Made by a program: the position numbers and the translations under genes. Shown here piece after piece: positions 1-8,737 of a stretch of DNA of 20,000 nt (positions within the stretch are counted from its first letter, which is position 1; every line of letters starts with the position of its first letter). Under the pieces are notes generated by a model. It saw only the letters and a list, made by a program, of their open reading frames with translations, searched no databases and was not told the origin of the DNA. The DNA comes from an uncultured virus (IMG/VR IMGVR_UViG_3300025697_000015) (taxonomy: Duplodnaviria > Heunggongvirae > Uroviricota > Caudoviricetes): IMG/VR virus record IMGVR_UViG_3300025697_000015; one strand, given 5' to 3'.

Positions 1-2263
1 TAATCATCGGGTTACTACACATAATCGGGTTGATGACGTTGACAGCTTCTTCCAGAATCTCCAAGTCTATCTCGAACACGAGTTCATCGTGCATCGTAAT
101 AATCATCTGAACTTTGTCCAGCCAATCACGTTTCTTACATTCGTTAAAGACTAAACCCATAGCAATCTTGGTTACATCTGCCGAAGTCCCTTGAATCGGG
201 CCATTCACAGCATTTCTCTCAGCTTTGGAACGAAAGAAACCGTCTGCATGATTGATATCAGGCAGAGGATACCGACGCTTGAAAGCCGTCACAACGAAAC
301 CATGCTGTTTGCCAAAGGCATGTTGTGCATCCCACCAGTTTTTCAGAGTCCTGTATGTCCCCTCAAACTGCCGTTTCATTCTGTTACCTTCGTTACGGTC
401 AACACCCGTGGCACGTTGAGCAGCCATACCACCACCACCGTAACAGAGAGCAAAGTTCAAAGATTTTGCTTTACCACGATATTCTTTCCAGTCAGGATCA
501 GCTTGGACTTCTTTACCAAAAACACTGATACCTGTCAGAGTATGTAAATCACCGATTTTATCAGAGCCACAATTCGGGCAACGAGCCGGAGGTGGTTCAG
601 GGGTAGTTTGACCATCACCACGGTCGAAAGTCCTGTCACACCCCGAACAATGAAAGAACTCAGTCAGCCACAGAGGTTCTCGTGACAAATTGGTAATAAG
701 CCGAAGTTCAACACCAGCATAATCGATGGCTACGATAACACTGTTCGGACGACGAGCTGTAATGCACTCTCGAAGCCGTCTCATACACTCAGGTCGTTTA
801 GAACCACCAGCACGAGGCAATGCTTGTAAATTAACTTTAGGTGTCCCTACCATCGGTTCTTTAGGTGCAGGAGTACAGTATCTCCCAGTATCAACCTTAT
901 TGCCATTGAAACTGACACGCATCGTATCATCCAAAGGGTCTAAATGGCTGAACATTGGATAGAGATAGGTAGACAGAGCCTTATCAATTTCTCTGAATCG
1001 TTTGATTTTCCCCATAAATGGGAACTGCTTCCCAGCAGTTTCAACAATTCGGTCAAGTTCATCTTTAGATGTTTTAATCTGACCGGATTTTTCAGTTCTC
1101 TTTAATCCTTGGACACCCATATCCTCAAACATAACACCCAACTGTTGAGCTGCCTTCAAATCATAGATTGGTGGCCACTTTTTACCAGCAGCGTCTGTGA
1201 CCTTACCTACCGGATTAGGATGGTTAAATTCAGCATCTACTGCTGCCGTTTTCAGCTGTTCTTTAATGGTTAAACTAGGGTCGTCAGCAATGAATTTCTC
1301 CTTGAGGGATTTATAAACTCCAGGCATTATATCCCGTCCCAGTATCTCTGAGGCTGCCGTGTAAACGTCTATGATAGAAGCAAACCATTCCTTATGGCCA
1401 ACCATAATCAACTCACCAAGTTTCTTCTTATCAAGGTGGATTCGATTCCGTTCCATCCAACGGGTAGCAGCTATAGCTTTTTTCTCAATCTGGTACACAA
1501 CTTTTTGGTCGAACCCGTGAGCTGGTTCCAGAACATCAGGGGCAAATATATCGTAAAGAAGTCTGGTACAGATACCGTCACCACCCCCATACCACAAAGT
1601 CGAAGGTTCTTCTGGGTCAAGTCTGGAGAAATCCAGCCTGACTTTGAGTTTTTTCCCTTTAGCATTTGTCTTCTCTGGGAAAATCTCTTTCAGCTCCAAC
1701 ATCTCTATGTCAAGCAGCTCTTTAGATAGAGCTTTCAAACCTTTTTGACGACGGCGGGAGTCCGAGAGGTAAGCCAGAATGAGGGTGTCATCCCACATAT
1801 AAGTCTTATCCCATTTCCCAAAGGGTTCACCTTCTCCGTGATATTGAAGGAACTCATGATCGAATTTACCATTGTGGAAAATAGCTACTGTTTGTTTCTC
1901 CTCCGTGGCTGTTATCAATCGCCTGAAGGCTTTTGAGAAAGCATCCCAAGGGACATTGCTCTCTCGACGAACTAAGCTACCATCTATCTTTTCTTCGATA
2001 TGGTTCAGAGGAATGTAATAGCCTGTTACACCGTCAGGTGACAGACAAATCCCGACCAATCGGTCAACTGTTCGAAGGACACCTCCATAGTCTAGTACTC
2101 GGTTATCTAGCCCCGTGGTTTCCACGTCCAGAGCATACCGAGGACTATCTATGCAGTGATCCATAATAGTTTCAATATTATCAACTGTGCCAAGGACAAA
2201 CTTTTTCGTTTTCATCCACGGCTTCATTTGTATCGTATCTTCCATATCCCAAGGATCTGACAT
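1..2263 (-). CDS. polA: Phage family A DNA polymerase (3'-5' exonuclease plus polymerase, no 5'-3' exonuclease); 3' end lies beyond the left edge
   Basis: Absent from the ORF track; translated manually from ATG 2263 (SD GGAGG upstream), starting MSDPWDMED. ExoI DVETTGLD, ExoII FHNGKFD, ExoIII YGGGD, DTGR, motif A IDYAGVELR, motif B RGKAKSLNFALCYG (Phe at the E. coli F762 position), AVNGPIQGTSAD, motif C MHDELVFE. Confidence 0.96.
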   Translation of the reverse strand, partial: MSDPWDMEDTIQMKPWMKTKKFVLGTVDNIETIMDHCIDSPRYALDVETTGLDNRVLDYGGVLRTVDRLVGICLSPDGVTGYYIPLNHIEEKIDGSLVRRESNVPWDAFSKAFRRLITATEEKQTVAIFHNGKFDHEFLQYHGEGEPFGKWDKTYMWDDTLILAYLSDSRRRQKGLKALSKELLDIEMLELKEIFPEKTNAKGKKLKVRLDFSRLDPEEPSTLWYGGGDGICTRLLYDIFAPDVLEPAHGFDQKVVYQIEKKAIAATRWMERNRIHLDKKKLGELIMVGHKEWFASIIDVYTAASEILGRDIMPGVYKSLKEKFIADDPSLTIKEQLKTAAVDAEFNHPNPVGKVTDAAGKKWPPIYDLKAAQQLGVMFEDMGVQGLKRTEKSGQIKTSKDELDRIVETAGKQFPFMGKIKRFREIDKALSTYLYPMFSHLDPLDDTMRVSFNGNKVDTGRYCTPAPKEPMVGTPKVNLQALPRAGGSKRPECMRRLRECITARRPNSVIVAIDYAGVELRLITNLSREPLWLTEFFHCSGCDRTFDRGDGQTTPEPPPARCPNCGSDKIGDLHTLTGISVFGKEVQADPDWKEYRGKAKSLNFALCYGGGGMAAQRATGVDRNEGNRMKRQFEGTYRTLKNWWDAQHAFGKQHGFVVTAFKRRYPLPDINHADGFFRSKAERNAVNGPIQGTSADVTKIAMGLVFNECKKRDWLDKVQMIITMHDELVFEIDLEILEEAVNVINPIMCSNPMI

Positions 2264-2284
2264 AAATTACCTCCTGCTTATATG

Positions 2285-2731
2285 TTACCCTAAACTAAAT
2301 TCTTCACCTTCAACAAGAACCACATGCCTGCCTTCAGCCCACGCTAATACAACAATCGTAACTGCCTCTTGACAGTCCTGATCAACATTCGGAGCTATAT
2401 AACAGTCCGGTATTTTTGGACAAGGGAAACAAACTTTGTGGTCATACGTACCACATTCTTTTGCTGCCTGACACTCCCTGAATTTCTTAGGTATTTGTTT
2501 TAAAAGCCCGTGCGGAGCTGGCCCTATTTCGTTCATTAGAGGATTCACATAACCGTGCAGAGCATTAGAGAGATGCTCCCCGGAAACAATAGGAATCAAT
2601 TTACCCCAAGGAGTGTCTTTTAGGCAGGCTAAATCTCCCCAGATATCACCATCTAAAAGGATGGGGCGTAAGATGAGGACATGACCCCATTCCTCACTAT
2701 CAAGACTGAACCGAACTAGGTGTTCCAGCAT
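2285..2731 (-). CDS. Hypothetical protein with a Cys-rich C-terminal part
   Basis: 148 aa ORF co-oriented in the operon between the CHC2 gene and polA; C-x5-C...CFPC-x5-C cluster; no family recognised. Confidence 0.65.
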   Translation of the reverse strand: MLEHLVRFSLDSEEWGHVLILRPILLDGDIWGDLACLKDTPWGKLIPIVSGEHLSNALHGYVNPLMNEIGPAPHGLLKQIPKKFRECQAAKECGTYDHKVCFPCPKIPDCYIAPNVDQDCQEAVTIVVLAWAEGRHVVLVEGEEFSLG

Positions 2732-3332
2732 CCGAGGCCTCTTTTATTGCTTTGTGTAATCGTTCCAACATGTTTTGCATGACGGCCCGACCTTTGATTT
2801 CTGATAAAATTTCTTTTTCTACTAAATAAGCAACCTGATCTGCACCTTCCCAGAAAGCAGCTACTACCCTCATAGGGAGGGATCTGTCTTGAGTTTCCCC
2901 AGTTATCACGGATAAGAAAACTCGAAGATCATCAGCAAACGTCCGTTCCGGATATTTGAGAAGGGCTAGAATTTCTTCCTCTGGTTTCGGAGCTGTTTCG
3001 TAATCCCCTTCTTCCCATGAGATATGTGGTAAATCATATTGAGTTTCTAGTATCTTGAGAGCCTCACCGAAGTTCACACCTTCTTTGGCTTTAACTAAAT
3101 CAACAGCATCTCTACTTACACCACAGGCAAAGCAGTAAAAGGAACTGGTCTCAGGATACATACGAGCTGACGGTTTGTTGTCGTGACCATCTCCGTGTAG
3201 GTCACACGGGAACTGTTCTTCTCGGTCTTCTCCATCGGTTCTTACAGGGTAACCGTAATCAAATAGAATCTGAGCAATAGGAACCATGTCCTTGATCTGA
3301 GCTATTCGTCTTTTTGTGCGTTCATCTGCCAT
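2700..3332 (-). CDS. DnaG-type CHC2 zinc-finger protein (primase zinc-binding domain without TOPRIM)
   Basis: FPCDLHGD...KPS...FYCFACG...DAVDLV...NFGEALKIL matches the primase zf-CHC2 pattern. ATG 3332 overlaps the upstream TGA; GTG 3335 is an alternative start. Confidence 0.85.
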   Translation of the reverse strand: MADERTKRRIAQIKDMVPIAQILFDYGYPVRTDGEDREEQFPCDLHGDGHDNKPSARMYPETSSFYCFACGVSRDAVDLVKAKEGVNFGEALKILETQYDLPHISWEEGDYETAPKPEEEILALLKYPERTFADDLRVFLSVITGETQDRSLPMRVVAAFWEGADQVAYLVEKEILSEIKGRAVMQNMLERLHKAIKEASDAGTPSSVQS

Positions 3333-3946
3333 CACTTCTTTACCCGAAATTGCTTAAAAAACCGAGAAACATAGCCCTCATTGCCGACACTTTGCTTATA
3401 ACGACCTTGGGGTGTTCCATAGACTCTACCTTTTTCTCCCGGGTCAAACCACTTTTTCATTGTACCTGTTTTAGTTATACCGACTGTCTCATTCAGATAA
3501 CGGACAGGGCATCCATCCACACACTCCCATGTTTCCATGGTCTCCAAACCATTATCGTCAGTATAACTAATTTTTTGATAACCTGGAGGTTTCTGACTGA
3601 ATTGTATAGCTCCGTCTGACTGAACATTAACAGGGTTCGGACGATAACCTTCTTTAGGTTTCATTTTCTGAGAGCCTGTACTCTGACACCCGGGCTTATG
3701 TTCCAGAATGACGTTGGTAGGGAATCGACCAGCATCATGAGGTTGAGACTTCCACTCCCGCATCTCAGGGGAGCTGTTGAACATCCGATCATCTCGAACA
3801 GTAGCATTGCTGGTTCCCCAAACACCTGGACCTAATGGCCCTCTTACACGACTTGCATCAAGATTAAGCCCACCAGTACCCCATTGGACTATATTGTCCA
3901 CCACAGCCCCTTTTAAGGGCTTTCTGGCTACTGTTATAACTATCAT
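3332..3946 (-). CDS. Stand-alone methyltransferase variable-region module, copy 1 (long type, 204 aa)
   Basis: MIVITVARKP...WGTGGLNLDASRV...GRFPTNVILEH...WECVDGCPV...SRFFKQ, matching the internal segment of phage N6/N4 methylases; no DPPY or FxGxG motif. Confidence 0.85.
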   Translation of the reverse strand: MIVITVARKPLKGAVVDNIVQWGTGGLNLDASRVRGPLGPGVWGTSNATVRDDRMFNSSPEMREWKSQPHDAGRFPTNVILEHKPGCQSTGSQKMKPKEGYRPNPVNVQSDGAIQFSQKPPGYQKISYTDDNGLETMETWECVDGCPVRYLNETVGITKTGTMKKWFDPGEKGRVYGTPQGRYKQSVGNEGYVSRFFKQFRVKK

Positions 3947-4389
3947 TCTTTAACCTGCTTGAAGAAACGAGAAGCTCCTCCTGAATCCGCATAAACAGGA
4001 CTCGTTACGGCATTTGTTCGCCCGAGTGTAACTGCACCGTGGTTTTTTTTCCAAAGATATTGTTTTCCTGCTTTCCCACCACTTGTTAAAATACCACTTT
4101 GTACGTCAAGTTGCCGTACAGGACAGTTATCAACACATTCAGGATTATGTTCAAAAATGACGTTAGCAGGGAATCGGCCAGAGGGTTGTGGTTTCACCTG
4201 AAATTTACTTTTCTTTTCTTTACCCACAGATGTAAAGCAATCCTCATTTGTATAATGTCTGATATCATATTCACCGGGGTTACTTGCAATACGACATTCA
4301 CCAATGTTGAGTCCACCCGTACCCCATTGTTGGATGTTATCTACTACAGTCCCTGTGATAGGTTTTCTTGCTACAGTGATAACAATCAT
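3943..4389 (-). CDS. Stand-alone methyltransferase variable-region module, copy 2 (short type, 148 aa)
   Basis: MIVITVARKP...WGTGGLNIGECRI...GRFPANVIFEH...CPVRQLD...DSGGASRFFKQVKE; ATGA-coupled at both ends. Confidence 0.85.
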   Translation of the reverse strand: MIVITVARKPITGTVVDNIQQWGTGGLNIGECRIASNPGEYDIRHYTNEDCFTSVGKEKKSKFQVKPQPSGRFPANVIFEHNPECVDNCPVRQLDVQSGILTSGGKAGKQYLWKKNHGAVTLGRTNAVTSPVYADSGGASRFFKQVKE

Positions 4390-4634
4390 GATGTGATTAT
4401 TTCATCCAATACTTTTTGTGATTGTACGATCTTATTCTTGTAATACTTAATAATCTCCTGTTCAGCTACAGTAAGGGCTGATTTTGTTTTTTTTACCTTT
4501 AACTGCATGGAAACCTCAGAGTACTTTGTACCAAGCCACCAATTATCCCCCCGACTGATCCTGTACAGTTCCCAGGATTCAGTATCAAGGCTTACCTTGT
4601 ATTCATTATCACTTATCTTTTTCCAGTTAATCAT
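4386..4634 (-). CDS. Hypothetical protein
   Basis: Start reassigned to ATG 4634 (MINWKK), which overlaps the upstream TGA; its own stop overlaps the next ATG. Confidence 0.65.
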   Translation of the reverse strand: MINWKKISDNEYKVSLDTESWELYRISRGDNWWLGTKYSEVSMQLKVKKTKSALTVAEQEIIKYYKNKIVQSQKVLDEIITS

Positions 4635-4909
4635 TGGCCACACTTAGTGTAGATTTCCTCACAGGTATCTATAGCTTTCAAGCACTGAGGATTTAAAGAA
4701 TGCCCTTTTTCCTGAGTCTCTATACAGAAAACCGTACAGGTTGTTCCGTCTGGGAGATCTTCTCCTTCGGGACAACTAAGCATTTTCAATCTGTCACAAG
4801 CATTCTGACACGATGAAGTACCGGGCGGTTCGATGGGTATCGGCGGCATAGTCTTGCAAGATACTCCTGACAACATAACGACCATTATCAAAATAAATAG
4901 TTTTCTCAT
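4631..4909 (-). CDS. Small Cys-rich putative lipoprotein or secreted protein
   Basis: From ATG 4909 (ATGA overlap, GGAGG upstream): MRKLFILIMVVMLSGVSC signal with a lipobox-like Cys, a Pro-rich linker, then 8 further Cys. Confidence 0.7.
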   Translation of the reverse strand: MRKLFILIMVVMLSGVSCKTMPPIPIEPPGTSSCQNACDRLKMLSCPEGEDLPDGTTCTVFCIETQEKGHSLNPQCLKAIDTCEEIYTKCGQ

Positions 4910-5682
4910 TTCACTTCCTCCCAAGGAGCTGTAAGTACCCAGATGTCGGCGGTCTCACCCCATTTGATGTAATCTTCATCCATTAAGTAGAAACCGTCAT
5001 CACCCCAATGGCTACCCCAGCTATTCTCACCAATGAACTTACCGTTTTCATACCCGACCAAGCAGGTTGCATGACGGCCTGTGATAGCATCAGGCTTGGA
5101 TAATACTTCTCCAAGCTTGTATTGATTCCAGTTTTTACCAACGGCTGTCCCGAATACGACCGGGTTTCCGTTGTTCAAAGCTTGAATGATACTCTCTACT
5201 CGGTTGTCCCCAGAGGATTTGATTCGATAAAAAGCAGCTATCTTGTGCTGATAAGCTTTCCTCATAGCCATCCACGATGGAGTCTGGTTGACTCTCAGGG
5301 TGTTGAAAGGCCAATCTTTCTCAGGGCAGACTCCCCAACGTCTGAGGACATCACAAGCTAATGAGATATAAGTGCCAGCATCTAAACCCGTTGTCTGAGG
5401 GAGCTGGAGTTCTCTGGCCAGATAATAGACGGCCAGAATGGATAAATCCACATGGGCATCACGACCATATTCTTTGATCCGTTTTAATTCCAGAGCCTTG
5501 ACCACAGCATGAGCAACACAAGAACTTGTCCAGCGTTGGTTCTGCACAGGACTAGAGAACTCACGGAGATTTACATCTTCCGTACCATCTTCTAATCGGC
5601 CTTTTAAGGCAGCCTCAAAACTCCATTGTCCGTCTTTCATAGGTTCTGGCATATAACCGTCAAGTTTGATTCCGTCAGTCAT
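4906..5682 (-). CDS. Papain-family (C1) cysteine peptidase
   Basis: NLREFSSPVQNQRWTSSCVAHA (oxyanion Gln and catalytic Cys), GRHATCLVGY (His), ENSWGSHWGDDGFY (Asn). Start ATG 5682 has SD GAAAGGAG and a TAATG overlap. Confidence 0.93.
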   Translation of the reverse strand: MTDGIKLDGYMPEPMKDGQWSFEAALKGRLEDGTEDVNLREFSSPVQNQRWTSSCVAHAVVKALELKRIKEYGRDAHVDLSILAVYYLARELQLPQTTGLDAGTYISLACDVLRRWGVCPEKDWPFNTLRVNQTPSWMAMRKAYQHKIAAFYRIKSSGDNRVESIIQALNNGNPVVFGTAVGKNWNQYKLGEVLSKPDAITGRHATCLVGYENGKFIGENSWGSHWGDDGFYLMDEDYIKWGETADIWVLTAPWEEVK

Positions 5683-5960
5683 TAATCGTTCTCCTTTCTC
5701 ATGTCTAGTGTCTTCGTCCATCTGACTCGTTCCCCATTCTCATGTTCAGTGTCTTCGTCCAGAATCCCAATCTCAATCATCTGGTTAAGGATTGGGTAAA
5801 CCAGCTCACTTAGAGGATTATTAGTTTCTATAAGATGTCGGAATTTTTGATACCTCTCAGGGGTGTCGTCCGTAGCCAAACCCATCACCACCATAATGTA
5901 AAAAGCAGCACTCTCCAGAGACTGCCAATCTTCTAAATATTGTTTCAAAGTTTTTTTCAT
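5682..5960 (-). CDS. Hypothetical protein
   Basis: Start reassigned to ATG 5960 (MKKTLKQY), overlapping the TGA of the C5 methylase gene. Confidence 0.65.
   Translation of the reverse strand: MKKTLKQYLEDWQSLESAAFYIMVVMGLATDDTPERYQKFRHLIETNNPLSELVYPILNQMIEIGILDEDTEHENGERVRWTKTLDMRKEND
5686..5761. repeat. Imperfect direct repeat, two 35-nt copies with a 41-nt period
   Basis: 5686-5720 tcgttctcctttctcatgtctagtgtcttcgtcca versus 5727-5761 tcgttccccattctcatgttcagtgtcttcgtcca; 31/35 identical. Confidence 0.85.
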
Positions 5961-8737
5961 AGCTCCATACCTTTCATTATATGTGTAATAACATCTATAG
6001 TCCAACCGTTTCCAAGCATCCGGCATCTTTGTGATCTTGAAGCTGGGGACGTATATCCTCGTGGGACGGTTTGTAAAGCTTCACATTCTTCCGGGGTTAA
6101 TAGCCGATACTGAGTTTTATCTTCATTGAAAACCCCAATCCCTCTAGTCTTCCCCCCAGCTTCGGCTCTCAAACATTTAGCTTTCCCTTCCGGGCTGGAA
6201 GGAGTGTCTGCTTTATATGGGAATTCCTCTGTCTTTCTCCATAATGCTTTGTCAATGATCTTATTGTCTAAGAGAGAAGTGGTAAGGCAATTTGCTTTCC
6301 CATCAGTCCTAGGGAGTTGGACTTTAGCTTGGAACGGAGTATAATCAGTACCGTGTGTAGCTTGATGTTCTTTCCGTATCCTTTTCCCTTCTTCACTTCG
6401 AGCAGGTCTCAAGACCACTGGTTCTTTTAACTGGTTATCTTCCAAAATATCTTGAAGAAGGATTCCTTTGTCTTCGGGCTGATCAATAAAACTCCCAATA
6501 ACGTAATCACCTTCACCTGGAATATTTGTCCAGTATAAACGGGAACGATTCTGAGCTGATACAAGGTTGGAATTGATTCGAGCACAGCTTACACCTAACA
6601 GCTCAGTGATAGCATACTCATACTCTCGTTTCATCTTGACGTTCTCTAACAAGAAGTATTTAGGTTTGCATTCTCGGAGCAATCGAACGAACTCAAAGAA
6701 CAACATACTCCGAGGGTCTTTGAAATTCAACTGCTTCCCAGCAAAACTGAACCCCTGACAATTATGTACTATATGGTTATTAGCCACATAGGAGTTATCT
6801 TTACCCACCTCAAGGTTATAAACGGTATCTACTACCCCTATATTTTTTATTTTCTTCACTGGATTCCATACTACATCCTCAATGACCCAAGCACGAGATT
6901 GTTTTGTATGGTATTTCCTGTAAGTTATTGTATATGTGTTTTGTTGGTTTACAACACGTCCTTCAATGATGGTCTTTGCAGGTCTAACTGTATACTCGAT
7001 AGAACAAGTTGTCCTATATACTTTTGCTACTGCTAATGCTAAAGTTTCTACCAGACTCTTGGAAATTGTTGTGGTCCTATAGGTTTCTCTTCTACAACTA
7101 CCATCTGCAAAAAGATAACCCTCCAGAACTTTCTCTAATAAAGGTTTTGGTAAATCCAACAGCATTTTAGACAGATATTTGTTTTTAGCCCCTACCCCAC
7201 AATGTTTCTCCGCTATTTTCACTAGGTGTTTACTGGAAAAAACAGCCCTGTAAACACTTTTGGTATGTTCGTAAAAAGAATGTTTTAGTTTTATATTCTT
7301 CTTAAATGAAACCTTTTCGTGTTTCCCTACCGATATAATTAACTGCCAATGTCTATCATTAGGTCGGTTTTCTGAGGTCCTGTAGTCTTTTCTCGTATGT
7401 CCATCTCCTATATAAAGCCCTAATAAATAACATTCATCAGAAGACAAGTTTAAAGGGTTTTTTTCAGTTCTCAAGATCGGTGTCCCAATATAATCACCAA
7501 TTTTTATATCACAAACCTCTACCCATTCAGGATCACTAAAAACCCATTCATAAGTTCTTTTATTGTTATTCCATAATTTTTTTCGTGTTCTGACATAATA
7601 GGGGTGATTGGCTGTAGTTGTAGTTTCAGTGGCCCCTTGACTTAATAAAGTGCATAATGGCTTACTATCATTACCTATTCTTATAATTTTCTTGTAACGA
7701 CCTTTATGAGTTAACACCTTATTACCAACACAAATGTCTTCAATTGACCGAATACCCTTTTCACAAATGATTTTTGTACCAGCCACAAAACATGGAGAAC
7801 CACCTATCAAGAGATCAATCTGAGGCAAGTCTTTAGCAAATACCTGTGTGACATCACCCAGTTGAATTGTGTCGGGATAGTTATGCATAGTAACGGCCAT
7901 AGAATGTTTATCAATCTCACTGGCAAAGTATTTATCATATTTAATGCCCAGTCGGTTAAGAGCTATTTGCCCGCAGCTCATCCCGTCAAATAAAGATAAT
8001 ACATTAATTCCTTTTTCCAATTTAGACTCCTGTTTTATCTGTTTGAAATATCGGGAAGCCCCGCCTAAATCACCGTAGCCCGGGTCTCCTTTCACATCAT
8101 CAGCTAAAAGATCCTGCCCCAAACCTTTCCCACCACCATAGATTTTAGAAGTAGTAGAGATATTAGCAGTTCGGCCACCAGAAGATAAAGAGTTGCCACT
8201 CTGTACGTCAATCTGCCGTACAGGACAATCACCCACACACTCCCAAGATTCAACGGATTCCTGACCTGATTCGTCACCGAACCCAACGGTATAGCTGACA
8301 CCCTTCACACCAATCCCTACACCACGACCCCAGATGTGGCCATGTTGTTCTCCAGATTGGATACGTTCTTCTACAGGGAGTTTATCAACATTGACTTGCG
8401 GAAAACCTTTGATCTTGGCCAGACCTAAAGAGACACAGTCAGGGTTATGTTCCAAAATAATATTGGCAGGGAATCTACCCATCAATGAATGTCGTTTGAT
8501 ATCTTCCTTCATCATTTCAGCATGACGTTTGGCATCTTCAGAACGATGCATCCACGGCTGACTCCAATGACTCTGTTTCTTGTCAATAGTTTCAGGCCGT
8601 TCGTCCCCACCACCCAACCATTCCCCTGTTGGGGTTATTCGGCAAGCATCAATGTTGATGCAGCCTGTCCCGTTCTTCTGGATGTTGCTCACCAGTGTCT
8701 TCGGGAAAGGTTTTCGGGCTACGGTAATAACTATCAT
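5957..8737 (-). CDS. C5 cytosine DNA methyltransferase with an intein and an N-terminal fused variable module (copy 3, about 8030-8737)
   Basis: Motif I LSLFDGMSCG, IV GGSP|CQGFS split by the intein, VI LLENV, VIII AQNRSRLYW, IX RLLTPEECEALQ, X LGNGWT. The N-terminal ~236 aa are MIVITVARKP...GGASRYFKQ. Confidence 0.93.
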   Translation of the reverse strand: MIVITVARKPFPKTLVSNIQKNGTGCINIDACRITPTGEWLGGGDERPETIDKKQSHWSQPWMHRSEDAKRHAEMMKEDIKRHSLMGRFPANIILEHNPDCVSLGLAKIKGFPQVNVDKLPVEERIQSGEQHGHIWGRGVGIGVKGVSYTVGFGDESGQESVESWECVGDCPVRQIDVQSGNSLSSGGRTANISTTSKIYGGGKGLGQDLLADDVKGDPGYGDLGGASRYFKQIKQESKLEKGINVLSLFDGMSCGQIALNRLGIKYDKYFASEIDKHSMAVTMHNYPDTIQLGDVTQVFAKDLPQIDLLIGGSPCFVAGTKIICEKGIRSIEDICVGNKVLTHKGRYKKIIRIGNDSKPLCTLLSQGATETTTTANHPYYVRTRKKLWNNNKRTYEWVFSDPEWVEVCDIKIGDYIGTPILRTEKNPLNLSSDECYLLGLYIGDGHTRKDYRTSENRPNDRHWQLIISVGKHEKVSFKKNIKLKHSFYEHTKSVYRAVFSSKHLVKIAEKHCGVGAKNKYLSKMLLDLPKPLLEKVLEGYLFADGSCRRETYRTTTISKSLVETLALAVAKVYRTTCSIEYTVRPAKTIIEGRVVNQQNTYTITYRKYHTKQSRAWVIEDVVWNPVKKIKNIGVVDTVYNLEVGKDNSYVANNHIVHNCQGFSFAGKQLNFKDPRSMLFFEFVRLLRECKPKYFLLENVKMKREYEYAITELLGVSCARINSNLVSAQNRSRLYWTNIPGEGDYVIGSFIDQPEDKGILLQDILEDNQLKEPVVLRPARSEEGKRIRKEHQATHGTDYTPFQAKVQLPRTDGKANCLTTSLLDNKIIDKALWRKTEEFPYKADTPSSPEGKAKCLRAEAGGKTRGIGVFNEDKTQYRLLTPEECEALQTVPRGYTSPASRSQRCRMLGNGWTIDVITHIMKGMEL
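6761..7792 (-). mobile_element. Intein (344 aa) with a LAGLIDADG homing endonuclease, inserted in the catalytic PC motif of the C5 methylase
   Basis: Begins CFVAGTKI, block B TTANHPYY, endonuclease motifs LLGLYIGDG and LEGYLFADG, ends VYNLEV...HIVHN followed by +1 Cys. Confidence 0.95.

Noticed and set aside
191..2372. Multiple + strand ORFs and the short - strand ORF 1471-1665
   Set aside because: They are shadows of the polA reading frame, which has all expected motifs.
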